A program made the translations under genes and the position numbers. The notes beneath the pieces were generated by a model. That model searched no databases, was not told the DNA's origin, and saw only the letters and a program-made list of their open reading frames with translations. A DNA stretch of 64,000 nt from Candidatus Heimdallarchaeota archaeon. Its GTDB lineage: Archaea; Asgardarchaeota; Heimdallarchaeia; JABLTI01. Shown piece after piece: positions 47,829 through 58,029 of the stretch (positions are counted from its first letter, which is position 1; each line of letters opens with the position of its first letter). The DNA lies in contig JABCTZ010000046.1 in NCBI GenBank assembly GCA_018238155.1, positions 64,001-128,000 on the forward strand. Reading direction: 5' to 3'.

Positions 47829-49994
47829 ATGTCAAAGGAACTTAAACAGCTGAAAAAAAGCTATCTTCTGATGTCTAAAGGAGATATCTTTACCTATATT
47901 CTACAATGTAGAAGCAAAATTGATTTGAAAGAAGACACTAAGAAAACAGCAGAATTTGCTAATATTCTCTTTGAAATTATGGAAGTTTTTAGTGAGCAAG
48001 GTGATGTCACCTCTGAACGAGTAATTTTAAATCAATTAGTGGAAATTGCTTGGTGGTCTAAGGAATTTAGTGAATTAGCAACCATTCTCTCTAAAGCAAT
48101 TTACAAACTTCTAATTGATAGCTACAGTATTCACGATTCAAGACGAATAGATCTTTTTACTGACTTTATTGACATTATTGTTAAAATCCCAAAAAACAAG
48201 GTTATTTATGATGCGATATCACAGGCATCTATTGAGCTAATTCGTTGGGGCAAAGATGATGAAATATTGGAAATTATCTCTGTCATAAAAGAGAAGTGGG
48301 CTCTTCACCCTTTAATTGATGCTATTCAATTATTAAATGCAAAAATATACTTGAATGCACTGTTCTATCTTGATGAGCAAGATTGTTCAACAATAAAAAA
48401 TCTTTATCGAAAGTTTATTGGTTTCTCAATAAGTGGTTACAAAAGTGAAAACAAAATAAATCAAGAAAAAAATGGATTACGTTTAATTTTAGGAGAAGAC
48501 ATAGATGACATATTTCAAGAGGGAGTCATCAATGCAATTCTAAATATGGCACGTATAAATAGCAAATCAGAGGAACCTTGTGAAGATTGTATCATGGGAA
48601 TTAAAGAGATACTTCAAGACTCTGATAAATTACTGAGAAAAGATGAGAAGGAATTTTATAAGGATGTATATCGATTAAGCATTACATTGGATAAATTTGA
48701 ACTCTGGGAAACGTTAGCTGATCTTCCAATTATTATTGATTTGCTCGTAGAGCGTGAGAAGAATCAACAATATAAAATTGCTGAAAGCAAACTCCTTGCT
48801 ATTCAAAAAATGATGCGAATAGAGGAATATGATTCTCTAAAAATAGGGCGAAGAGGGCTAAAACTTACTTTTGATATTAATGAAATAGAAGATATTGAAA
48901 AATTATTCAAGGAACTAGACACACAATTAGAAAAGAACGAGTCTTTCAACCTCGTAGAGGAAATTGATGCAGTAATTGATTACAATGATGATATTAAAGA
49001 ACATTTACGAGAAACAGGACAAATACCAGCTGACAGAAAAACAATTGACGAAATCCAAGATGAAACGACAAAAGGTGATGATTTAACTTTAGCTGCAACA
49101 AAAGAAGATCGAATAATAGAGCAGTTAGCATTTTTAAACCAACTTCAACTTACTGATAATAGATTTCTAATTAATCAATTAATGAATACAAAAGCACTCA
49201 TTTTTTCTGTAGGTATGCATGGCTACAATAGTGCTAAATTGAACATTTCTCGAGAGGTAATATTTGATCATGTATCTAAAATGTCTGAGAAAAAACTCAT
49301 TGTAGAATTAGTAAACCCTCTTATTCGAGCAACAACACTTAGAGCAGCACGATTAGATGGAGAAGGAACAGTATTCTTATTAGAGATTATCAACAAAATG
49401 GGGTTAAAATTTCTCTCGAAGTATTACAAACAATATAATTTTGTAAATAATATTACTCGCCTTATTAGCTTCTTAGCAAGACGAGGGGAAACTATTCTAC
49501 TTGAGAAATTGAAAATCGAAATTGAAACAGCAAATAGATTAAGTCTCAGAGATAGTGAAGTTCCTTTGAAAATCGTTCGGGCAATTAATGAAGGAATCAT
49601 TTCATTTACTTCAACAAATGAAATGAGAAAATTTGAGCTTCTAGAAATATTGAAAAACTTCACGAAAAGATATTCATATAATGAAAATATACAAATTAAA
49701 TTAGCAGAAGGCTATTCTTTTCTTATTCTAAATACCAATCCAAATGATTGGAAATCAGCAATAAAATTGGCAGATGAACTGATTATTTTTAGTAAAGAAT
49801 ATAGTAACAATCAACAAATAGAAGAAAAAGCAGCTTTGGGTTTATTATGGGCTCAGACAATCTTACATCATAAGAAGCAACGTATCAAAGAATCTCAATA
49901 TAGAAAAGAAATTAGTGTAAAATATTCAAACCATCTTGAGAGCGATTATTTACAGAAAATTAAGTCAATAAGTGAGACTTACTCTAAATCCTAA
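47829..49994 (+). CDS. hypothetical alpha-helical (solenoid-like) protein
   Basis: 721-aa ORF with an amphipathic helical pattern and no catalytic motif recognised. Confidence 0.7.
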   Translation: MSKELKQLKKSYLLMSKGDIFTYILQCRSKIDLKEDTKKTAEFANILFEIMEVFSEQGDVTSERVILNQLVEIAWWSKEFSELATILSKAIYKLLIDSYSIHDSRRIDLFTDFIDIIVKIPKNKVIYDAISQASIELIRWGKDDEILEIISVIKEKWALHPLIDAIQLLNAKIYLNALFYLDEQDCSTIKNLYRKFIGFSISGYKSENKINQEKNGLRLILGEDIDDIFQEGVINAILNMARINSKSEEPCEDCIMGIKEILQDSDKLLRKDEKEFYKDVYRLSITLDKFELWETLADLPIIIDLLVEREKNQQYKIAESKLLAIQKMMRIEEYDSLKIGRRGLKLTFDINEIEDIEKLFKELDTQLEKNESFNLVEEIDAVIDYNDDIKEHLRETGQIPADRKTIDEIQDETTKGDDLTLAATKEDRIIEQLAFLNQLQLTDNRFLINQLMNTKALIFSVGMHGYNSAKLNISREVIFDHVSKMSEKKLIVELVNPLIRATTLRAARLDGEGTVFLLEIINKMGLKFLSKYYKQYNFVNNITRLISFLARRGETILLEKLKIEIETANRLSLRDSEVPLKIVRAINEGIISFTSTNEMRKFELLEILKNFTKRYSYNENIQIKLAEGYSFLILNTNPNDWKSAIKLADELIIFSKEYSNNQQIEEKAALGLLWAQTILHHKKQRIKESQYRKEISVKYSNHLESDYLQKIKSISETYSKS

Positions 49995-50189
49995 AATTGA
50001 AATAACTTTTTTTCATTCGGAATCTTTACTCAATTTGAAATGTACTTCAATACACTTATTAATTTGAGGTTTAATTGCTTTATTCGGACACTGGCATTTA
50101 AATCGTCCAAGCTTGAAAAAGCAACTAGGATATTTCATCTATTGCTAAATTATTGTAATTTAATCTATATTCAATAAAATCAATGGAGA

Positions 50190-51353
50190 TTGTCAATAAT
50201 GATAAACCCACATGGTAATAAGCTAACTGATAAAGTTTTACCAGAAAAAGAAAAAATTCGAATTGAATCGGAATTTCAATCTATGCTCAAATTAGAGGTA
50301 AATAACGAAGTGATTGAGGATCTTTATAACATCGCACATGGTGTTTTTAGTCCTCTTGAAGGTTTCATGGTTGAAGAAGATGTTCAATCCATCATTAAAA
50401 ACGATAGACTTACTAATGATTTAGCATGGACCATTCCTATTACATTTGACGTCAATGATGATACAGCAAAAGGATATTCTGAAGGGGATGATATTGCCTT
50501 AACGAATAGTGAAGGAAAAATTATTGCTGTTTTACATTTAGAACAAATCTATAAGCACGAGAAGAAAGCTATCGCTGAAAGCTGTTTTCAAACCTTAGAT
50601 AAAGATCATCCTGGAGTAGAAAAAGTACTCAATTCCAATGACAACTTATTTGCAGGTAAAATAGATCTCGTGAACACTTTTATCAAAGATTTTAAGGAAT
50701 ATACTTTCTACCCCCAACAAACCCGGGCTCTATTCAAGAAAAAGGGATGGAAGACTGTTGTCGGTTTTCAAACTAGAAACGTTCCTCATCTTGGTCATGA
50801 ATACGTACAGAAAACAGCATTGACAATGGTAGATGGGCTATTTGTTAACCCTATCATTGGTAAAAAGAAAACAAATGACTTCACTGACCCAGTTATTTTA
50901 GGCTCATACAATGTTCTTATGGACAATTATTACCGAAAAGATAGAACGATGATGGGTATTCTCAGAACTCGAATGAGATACGGTGGACCAAAAGAAGCAA
51001 TTTTTCATTCAATTATGAGAAAGAACTTTGGTTGTAGTCATTTCATTGTTGGAAGAGATCATGCAGGTGTAGGTAGCTATTATGGACCATTTGATGCACA
51101 TGCGATTTTTGATAAATTCCCTGAATTGGAAATCAAACCAATTTGCTTCCGCTCGTTCTTCAAGTGCGATAAATGTGGTGGCGTTGTTAATGATTACACT
51201 TGTCCACACGATGGCACTGAATATCAAAAGATGATTAGTGGACGAAAAATAAGAAAAATGATCGTCGATAAACAACTTGACGGGTTAACCGAATATATGC
51301 GCCCTGAGGTTGCTGAATACCTTCTGAATCAAAAGGAGTTATTTGTAAAATAG
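50190..51353 (+). CDS. sat: sulfate adenylyltransferase
   Basis: FSPLEGFM, FQTRNVPHLGHE, MRYGGPKEAIFH, HFIVGRDHAGVG, and Zn motif CDKC...CPH. Confidence 0.96.
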   Translation: MSIMINPHGNKLTDKVLPEKEKIRIESEFQSMLKLEVNNEVIEDLYNIAHGVFSPLEGFMVEEDVQSIIKNDRLTNDLAWTIPITFDVNDDTAKGYSEGDDIALTNSEGKIIAVLHLEQIYKHEKKAIAESCFQTLDKDHPGVEKVLNSNDNLFAGKIDLVNTFIKDFKEYTFYPQQTRALFKKKGWKTVVGFQTRNVPHLGHEYVQKTALTMVDGLFVNPIIGKKKTNDFTDPVILGSYNVLMDNYYRKDRTMMGILRTRMRYGGPKEAIFHSIMRKNFGCSHFIVGRDHAGVGSYYGPFDAHAIFDKFPELEIKPICFRSFFKCDKCGGVVNDYTCPHDGTEYQKMISGRKIRKMIVDKQLDGLTEYMRPEVAEYLLNQKELFVK

Positions 51354-51386
51354 AATAAAATTGAAAAATATTGAGTGTGAAAATTA

Positions 51387-51938
51387 ATGAACGACCCAGG
51401 CTTTGTTATATGGTTTACTGGTTTATCCGGTTCTGGTAAAACAACAATAGCAGTTGAATTAGAAAAAATACTCCTTGAAAGAGCTTTACGAGTGCAAAGA
51501 CTTGATGGAGATATCGTTAGAAAAACTTTGACAAGAGATCTTGGATTTTCAGTAGATGATCGAAATTTGAATATTGAAAGAATAACCTTTGTTACAACAT
51601 TATTAGCAAAACATGGAGTAGCAACTCTAGTTTCTTTCATTTCTCCTTTCATCGTTGCAAGAGAAACTGCTCGTAAAGAAGCAAATGGAGAAAATGCTCC
51701 ATTCGTTGAAGTTTTCGTAAAAGCTTCTGTAGAAGAATGTGCTAGAAGAGATGTAAAAGGATTATATGAAAAAGCTTTTGCAGGTGAAATAAAAGATTTC
51801 ACAGGTGTAAGCCATCCTTACGAAGAACCACCAAATCCCCAAATTGTCTGCAATACAGAAGATGAAACAGTAGAAGAAAGCATTAAAATAATCATTGCTT
51901 ATCTCGAAAAAGAAAAATTGATTCCTACCTCTAGTTAA
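51387..51938 (+). CDS. cysC: adenylyl-sulfate kinase
   Basis: WFTGLSGSGKTT, LDGD, DLGFS, RDVKGLY and FTGVSHPYEEP motifs. Confidence 0.96.
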   Translation: MNDPGFVIWFTGLSGSGKTTIAVELEKILLERALRVQRLDGDIVRKTLTRDLGFSVDDRNLNIERITFVTTLLAKHGVATLVSFISPFIVARETARKEANGENAPFVEVFVKASVEECARRDVKGLYEKAFAGEIKDFTGVSHPYEEPPNPQIVCNTEDETVEESIKIIIAYLEKEKLIPTSS

Positions 51939-52123
51939 GAGAGGGAATTATTTCTTTCTTCTTTTTTTTAAAAAAAAATAGCTATTTTTTCCTTCAATTT
52001 TAATTAGAAGCAAATAAAACGCTATAAAATAGTCATTTTTTTTACAAAACAATTATATTCATTCTATAGTTACTAGAATTAAATTGGCATTCAATCTATT
52101 TTAGAAATACAGGTGGCTCATTT

Positions 52124-53248
52124 TTGAAAGATCATTGGATAATTAACAGATGCCCACTCGGTGGTGGGTCAACAAGTAATCTATTGCGTTTACTTTGGAC
52201 AAATAAATTTAGGGTTCATATAAAATATTGGCCAAGACTCTGGTATGCATTTACCTTAACTTTAGTTACTGCTCCTCTTCGTTTTTTTGAAAGAGTGAGA
52301 TTTAATCGCAAAGTAAACAACTACAAATTAGCTGAAGATCCTATTTTCATAGTAGGACATTGGAGAAGTGGTACTACACTAATGCATTATCTTTTCACTC
52401 AAGATAAAAGCAAAGGACTAGTATCAAATATTGAAGTATATGCTCCTCAATTCTTTTTGGCATTTCCAGAATTTACTCGAAAATTAATCGTTGCTTCCCT
52501 TCCTGAAACAAGACCAATGGATGAGATAAAAATTAATGCTGATTTACCAGGAGAAGAAGAACATTCTTTGGGTGCATATGATAAATACGGATACTTTCAC
52601 GCCATGATTTTTCCAAGAAATTTCAAAACATATGCTAGTTACAAATCATTTGATGATGCAAAACCACGAGATTTGAAGCGTTGGAAAAAGCGCTATGAAT
52701 TCTTTATTAAAAAAGTTGCTTTTAAGAACAATAACAAGAGAATGGTTCTAAAGAATCCGGCGAATACATATCGAATGGAACATTTGAACAAGATGTATCC
52801 AAATGCAAAATATATTCATCTTTATCGTAATCCGTATGAAGTATTTGCGTCTTCAATAAAATTCCATTTAGATACTTCTCGTATTTTTTCACTTCAAACG
52901 TGGAATGAAGAAGAATATAAAAACAATATTCTGAGCATATACACAGAACTTTTTGAAAAAATTGATGATGACATAAAGAATATTCCTAAAGAAAATATTT
53001 TGTTAATTCGCTATGAGGATTTCATAAAGAAACCTCTTGAAACGATGGAAAAAGTGTATTCTAACTTGAAAATTGAAGGGTTTTCAGAAGCAAAAGAGAG
53101 TATGCAAAAATATCTAGATGCAGAGAAAGACTATCAACCCAGAAAGTATCAATTTTCAGATGAACTAATAGTCAAAGTAAATGAAGAATGTAGTTCTATT
53201 TTTGATAGATTTGACTATGAGAAGCTTGAGCCTAAAAGCTCAGTTTAA
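52124..53248 (+). CDS. PAPS-dependent sulfotransferase (Stf3-like family), copy 1
   Basis: 5'-PSB motif GHWRSGTT, RPMD, LKNP, 3'-PB motif RNPYEVFAS, RYEDF. Confidence 0.92.
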   Translation: MKDHWIINRCPLGGGSTSNLLRLLWTNKFRVHIKYWPRLWYAFTLTLVTAPLRFFERVRFNRKVNNYKLAEDPIFIVGHWRSGTTLMHYLFTQDKSKGLVSNIEVYAPQFFLAFPEFTRKLIVASLPETRPMDEIKINADLPGEEEHSLGAYDKYGYFHAMIFPRNFKTYASYKSFDDAKPRDLKRWKKRYEFFIKKVAFKNNNKRMVLKNPANTYRMEHLNKMYPNAKYIHLYRNPYEVFASSIKFHLDTSRIFSLQTWNEEEYKNNILSIYTELFEKIDDDIKNIPKENILLIRYEDFIKKPLETMEKVYSNLKIEGFSEAKESMQKYLDAEKDYQPRKYQFSDELIVKVNEECSSIFDRFDYEKLEPKSSV

Positions 53249-53371
53249 TTCTTTTTTTTCTCTTTTTATTTAATGTATTTAGACATAAAATTAATATTTA
53301 TAAACACTTTTCTTTTCTTAGGTTTGGCAACCTTTGAACCATTACAGATAGAAACAGGTGGATTTGTCATT

Positions 53372-54508
53372 ATGGATGAAAACAAATACATACATTTAGT
53401 TGTTAAAGAAGAACCTCTTGGAGGATTCACAATATCTAACGCTCTAAGAGTTTTATGGCAAAATAAATTCAGAATACATATTAAATATTGGCCTCGATTT
53501 TGGTATGCATTACTCATAATCTGGTTAACAGCACCATTAGGATGGATTGAGAGAATACGTTTTAACAGAAAGATTAAGAAAACAAAAATAAAAACAGATC
53601 CATTATTTATTATTGGTCATTATAGAACTGGAACAACATATCTTATCACATTGCTTGCTCATGATAAAAATAAAGGGTATGTATCCAATTTAGAAGCTTA
53701 TGCACCTCATTACTTCTTGGCATTTGCGAAATTTACTAAGAGTCTTTTAGATTTCTCATTACCAGAAAGTAGACCAATGGATGATGTAATAATGGGAAGC
53801 GATGAGCCAACAGAAGAAGAGTATGCAATTGGTGCAACAGACAAATTCGGATTCTATAATGGATTCATTTTCCCAAAGAATTTCAAACTATATTCTCAAT
53901 ACAATTCCTTTGACAAATGTCCTCCAAAGGACCTGGTGAATTGGAGAAAAAGATATGATTATTTTGTTAAGAAGATGACTTTAAAGTATGATGGAAAAAT
54001 GCTTTTCCTAAAAAATCCTGCAAACACATACAGATTGAAAACGATTTTAGACATGTATCCAAATGCTAAATTCATCCACATTTATCGAAATCCCTACGAA
54101 ATGTATTCTTCAACAGTAAGATTTTTCAGAGAAGTATTTGCAATTTACGCTTTGCAAACATGGAAAGATGAAGATTTACAAGAAGGGATTTTGGAAAATT
54201 ACAAAGAAATGTATGAAAAATTCAATGTGGACCGACATTTGATTCCTAAAGAAAATCTCGTAGAAATTCAATATGAAGAATTTCTTAAGAAACCAATGCA
54301 CTTTATTGAGAAGGTTTACAAGGATTTACGAATTGATGGATTTGAAGAAGCTAAAGATAGATTCGCCAATTATGTTGAATCTCAAGCATCGTATAAACCA
54401 AACAAACACACCATATCTGATGATATAATTACTCGAGTTAACAAACACTGGGATTTCATCAGAGAGCAACACGACTATAAGAAATTAGAACCTAATAATC
54501 AAAAATGA
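53372..54508 (+). CDS. PAPS-dependent sulfotransferase, copy 2 (start refined to ATG 53372)
   Basis: GHYRTGTT, RPMD, LKNPAN, RNPYEMYSS motifs. A CAGGTGG SD precedes 53372 and the length matches copy 1. Confidence 0.92.
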   Translation: MDENKYIHLVVKEEPLGGFTISNALRVLWQNKFRIHIKYWPRFWYALLIIWLTAPLGWIERIRFNRKIKKTKIKTDPLFIIGHYRTGTTYLITLLAHDKNKGYVSNLEAYAPHYFLAFAKFTKSLLDFSLPESRPMDDVIMGSDEPTEEEYAIGATDKFGFYNGFIFPKNFKLYSQYNSFDKCPPKDLVNWRKRYDYFVKKMTLKYDGKMLFLKNPANTYRLKTILDMYPNAKFIHIYRNPYEMYSSTVRFFREVFAIYALQTWKDEDLQEGILENYKEMYEKFNVDRHLIPKENLVEIQYEEFLKKPMHFIEKVYKDLRIDGFEEAKDRFANYVESQASYKPNKHTISDDIITRVNKHWDFIREQHDYKKLEPNNQK

Positions 54509-54582
54509 AACCATTAAAAATTGAGAAAGAGAAAATAATATTTCATCTCTTCAAAATACTGCTGGTACTTGAAAGAATAGAT

Positions 54583-54610
54583 TTGTCTATGAATAGACTA
54601 TCATAGACAA
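54583..54610. repeat. perfect 10-bp inverted repeat TTGTCTATGA-N8-TCATAGACAA
   Basis: Seen directly in the intergenic region upstream of the LRR gene. Confidence 0.6.
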
Positions 54611-54664
54611 TAACTTTCGAGTACTCTTATTGTTTAATAAAGATCAAGTGTTTTCAAATCTAAG

Positions 54665-54722
54665 ATTCAGTAGTGAATGATGGTCTTCTGATGCCAATTT
54701 AGAAAAGATATATTAATAAATG
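54665..54722 (+). repeat. 58-bp direct repeat copy A (includes BRE/TATA-like sequence)
   Basis: 48/58 ungapped identity to 55661-55718. Confidence 0.85.
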
Positions 54723-54758
54723 TTATTTTGCATTAAAACAATGTTAATTCTTTGAGTA

Positions 54759-55541
54759 GTGATTTCAATGAAAACAAATCAACGGAAAACTGGAGAGATC
54801 ATCAAATACCATGACACGCCTATAATTCGACTAGAAGGCGAATTTTTATTGAAACTTGAATCAATAATAGGTGAACCAATACCTGTTTTATCTGAGCTGG
54901 TTCACGATATAAATAATGTATTTGGATTCGCTATACAAGAAAATCAAATCATTCAACTTAGATTACATGGAAAAAAATTAACCTCTCTCCCAAAGACAAT
55001 TGAGAACTTGATAGGACTTAAAGAACTAAATTTAGAAGATAATCAATTGACTTCCCTACCTGAGACAATAGGAAACCTAACAAAACTTAAAGAACTAAAT
55101 TTATCAGATAATCGATTGACTTCTCTCCCTGTAACATTTGGAAACCTTACAAAACTCACAAAACTAGATTTGTCTGGTAATCCTCAATTAACTTCCCTCT
55201 CTAAGGCAATAGAAAACCTAACAAAGCTTAAAGAACTAAATTTAGAAAGGAATCAATTGACTTCCCTCCCTGAGACAATAGGAAATCTAAAATCACTTGA
55301 ATCACTTGATTTAAGTTATAATATTCAATTGACTTCCCTACCTGAGACAATAGAAAATCTGACAACACTTGAATCACTTGATTTATCTGATAATCAATTA
55401 TCCTCTCTTCCAGAAACAATCGGAAATCTAACAGAACTTAAAGACCTAAATTTAGAAGATAATCAATTGACTTCACTCCCAGAGACAATTAAACAATGGT
55501 TACAAAATCTCAAGGAGAATAGGTGTGAACTCAAACAATGA
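54759..55541 (+). CDS. leucine-rich repeat protein
   Basis: 7 full 23/24-aa repeats of LTSLPETIGNLTKLKELNLxxNQ, also visible as 69/72-bp DNA repeats. Confidence 0.95.
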   Translation: MISMKTNQRKTGEIIKYHDTPIIRLEGEFLLKLESIIGEPIPVLSELVHDINNVFGFAIQENQIIQLRLHGKKLTSLPKTIENLIGLKELNLEDNQLTSLPETIGNLTKLKELNLSDNRLTSLPVTFGNLTKLTKLDLSGNPQLTSLSKAIENLTKLKELNLERNQLTSLPETIGNLKSLESLDLSYNIQLTSLPETIENLTTLESLDLSDNQLSSLPETIGNLTELKDLNLEDNQLTSLPETIKQWLQNLKENRCELKQ

Positions 55542-55660
55542 ACTACTTTCTATTTCGAAATTGCTGAATTTCTTAAGTAAATTAGAACCATTGCTTTTGG
55601 TTTCACTTAAGGTTCTCCACTTTTTTTAAAATTAAACAGAGTTCATTCTTCACTTTTAAA

Positions 55661-55718
55661 ATTCAGTAGTGAGTGATGGTCTCATGACACTAATCTCAAA
55701 AAGCTATATTAATAAATG
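55661..55718 (+). repeat. 58-bp direct repeat copy B
   Basis: 48/58 identity to 54665-54722; no + strand gene follows it. Confidence 0.85.
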
Positions 55719-55772
55719 ACAAAATAATAACTCAGAAATAAAAATGAAATGGGTTCTTTCCCCATTAGAAGA

Positions 55773-57944
55773 TCATTTTTCTTTCTGAAGATCCTTCATT
55801 TTTTCATGAAGTTGTTCAAAAGCTTCTTTCTTTAATTTTTCTGTTGCTTTCTTCAGCTTTACAATAGAATGATATTTCTCTGGTTGGCAATATTTATTAA
55901 ACCACTCAATAATTTTCTCCAATCTATCAAGACGTCTTGTTGGTTGCCCTGATCGAGATAATTCATGACCTTCTCCAGGATACCTAATAAATTCAACATC
56001 TAATTCAGGATTAGAACGTTTTATTCCTTGGAAAAGCATTTCAGCATCAGGTATGGGTGCACGATAATCTTGATCGCTATGAATTATTCTTAGAGGAGTA
56101 GTGATATTTTCTGCAAAAGCAGCAGGAGATCGTTCCCATAAAAATGGATTATCTTCAAGTGGAGATACACCAAATTCATCATCAATGAGCACTCGAGCAC
56201 CATCAGATGTTGCCCAAAAACTTGATAGGAAATATACACCTCTTTGACTGACTGCAGCAGCAAAACGATTGTCATGCCCCACAATCCAAGCAGTCATGAA
56301 TCCGGCATATGAACCACCTGTTATACACATTCGTTTTTCATCGATGAAACCTCTTTTAACAACTAAATCTACTCCATTTAGGATATCCTGTGAATCATTA
56401 TCTCCCCAAGCTTTCTCAATAGCTTGGAAAAATTCTTGACCGTAGCCATCACTTCCACGAGGATTACAATAAAAAACAACATATCCTGCTGCAGCTAACA
56501 ATTGAAATTCATGGAACATTGGGATTGATTGGTGGTTTGACCACATAACATGAGGACCACCATGCATATTCAAAGCAAGTGGATATTTCTTACTTGAATC
56601 AAATTTGTGTGGAGTCATAATCCAACCTTGGATTTGGAAGTCAGCATTATTTCCATCGTACCACACTTCTTCTGTTTTTCCAAGCTTCTTTTTCTTAAGG
56701 TATTTTTCATTTGGAGCATCAAGTAATTCTTCTTTCTCAGACGGTATATGATATCGATAGAGTTTTGATGGGTCATTTACATGGAAAGCATGATATGTTA
56801 ACCATTCCTTATCTGTTGAAATATCAAAACCTGCTATAACTTTTTTTCCGCCTACTATTTTCTCAATTTCATTTGTATCCACTTTTACTCTCCAGATTGC
56901 TTCTAATCCTTTTTCTGGAACAGTGAAATAGATGTGTTGATCATCCTCTGACCAAATAGCCATATTTTTGTGATTATCTATTTCTTCAGCTAAGAGTGTT
57001 CGTGTTCCATCAGTAAGATCATAGACACATAATCTTTCTTGAGCCAATGTTCCAAGGTTTTCATCACTAATAGTGGAGATTGCTTTTTTACCATCTGAAG
57101 ATAACTCAAAATTAAGTCCCCAACCATAGTGATCTTTGATTATTACAGATACCTTTCCTTTTGGAGAAATTTTCAATAGTTCCCAATTTCGGGTTTCATC
57201 TCCTTCCCCTGGTTTTTGGCGAGCAGTTACAACATAAGAATTATCTGATAAAAGATAAGCAGAATTATAATCATCTTCGATGGAATTTGTCCATCTTTTT
57301 ACTTCTTTACTTTCTAGGTCAATGACATGAATTTGACCTTTTTTATCATCTTTGTATGAAGTTCCAGATCGATATTCAGTTCTAGTAATTACTCTTGGTT
57401 CTGTTTTCTTTTCCTCAAATTTCTTCTTTTCCATATTCATCAGAGCAATTTCATCTGGGAGCATTTCTTTTTGTTCTTCTTCAGAAGGTGCTTCTAGCTC
57501 GTCCTTATTCAATTTGGAAATAAAAACAATCTTTGTTCCATCGAGACTCCATTCAAAATTATTTACTCCATTTGATATTTTTGTTAATTGGATAGCTTCT
57601 CCACCATCAAAAGGAATCAAATAAATCTGTGGTTTTGGTGATTTGTTTTCTAGACTTGGTTTGCTACTCTGGACTCCTCGTACTGAAATAAATGCTAGTA
57701 ATTCTCCATCAGGAGACCATTTGATATTATAATCGTTTGGTAATCCCTGTGTAAATTGTTGTGGAATATCAGCTATTTTCCAAATTGTATTTCTGTAACC
57801 ATTATCTTCTTTGTTGGCTTGATTAATCGAATAATAAACCTCATTTGTATTAGGTCGAAAAGTAGGGTTTGATATTTGTTTTAATTGATAAAGATCTTCT
57901 ACAGAAATAGAACTCTTTTTTGTTCCACTATCTTTTTTCGTCAT
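55773..57944 (-). CDS. S9 family peptidase (acylaminoacyl/dipeptidyl peptidase)
   Basis: Beta-propeller WSPDG repeats, HGGPH, NPRGSDGYG, nucleophile GGSYAG, D in HSDQDYR, H in EGHEL. Confidence 0.95.
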   Translation of the reverse strand: MTKKDSGTKKSSISVEDLYQLKQISNPTFRPNTNEVYYSINQANKEDNGYRNTIWKIADIPQQFTQGLPNDYNIKWSPDGELLAFISVRGVQSSKPSLENKSPKPQIYLIPFDGGEAIQLTKISNGVNNFEWSLDGTKIVFISKLNKDELEAPSEEEQKEMLPDEIALMNMEKKKFEEKKTEPRVITRTEYRSGTSYKDDKKGQIHVIDLESKEVKRWTNSIEDDYNSAYLLSDNSYVVTARQKPGEGDETRNWELLKISPKGKVSVIIKDHYGWGLNFELSSDGKKAISTISDENLGTLAQERLCVYDLTDGTRTLLAEEIDNHKNMAIWSEDDQHIYFTVPEKGLEAIWRVKVDTNEIEKIVGGKKVIAGFDISTDKEWLTYHAFHVNDPSKLYRYHIPSEKEELLDAPNEKYLKKKKLGKTEEVWYDGNNADFQIQGWIMTPHKFDSSKKYPLALNMHGGPHVMWSNHQSIPMFHEFQLLAAAGYVVFYCNPRGSDGYGQEFFQAIEKAWGDNDSQDILNGVDLVVKRGFIDEKRMCITGGSYAGFMTAWIVGHDNRFAAAVSQRGVYFLSSFWATSDGARVLIDDEFGVSPLEDNPFLWERSPAAFAENITTPLRIIHSDQDYRAPIPDAEMLFQGIKRSNPELDVEFIRYPGEGHELSRSGQPTRRLDRLEKIIEWFNKYCQPEKYHSIVKLKKATEKLKKEAFEQLHEKMKDLQKEK

Positions 57945-58029
57945 AAATATGACATAGATTCACTTATTTATTTTAGTTTTGCTATATGGAAAAATAAAAA
58001 TGAGAATTTAGAATGAATAGTTGAACAAA

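Noticed and set aside
50080-50150. Weak hairpins upstream of sat as a SAM/sulfur riboswitch
   Set aside because: No recognisable riboswitch consensus, and the stems are short in AT-rich DNA.
54665-55718. Direct repeats or LRR DNA repeats as a CRISPR array or IS ends
   Set aside because: Only two 58-bp copies 1 kb apart; the internal repeats are in-frame coding units; no cas gene or transposase.
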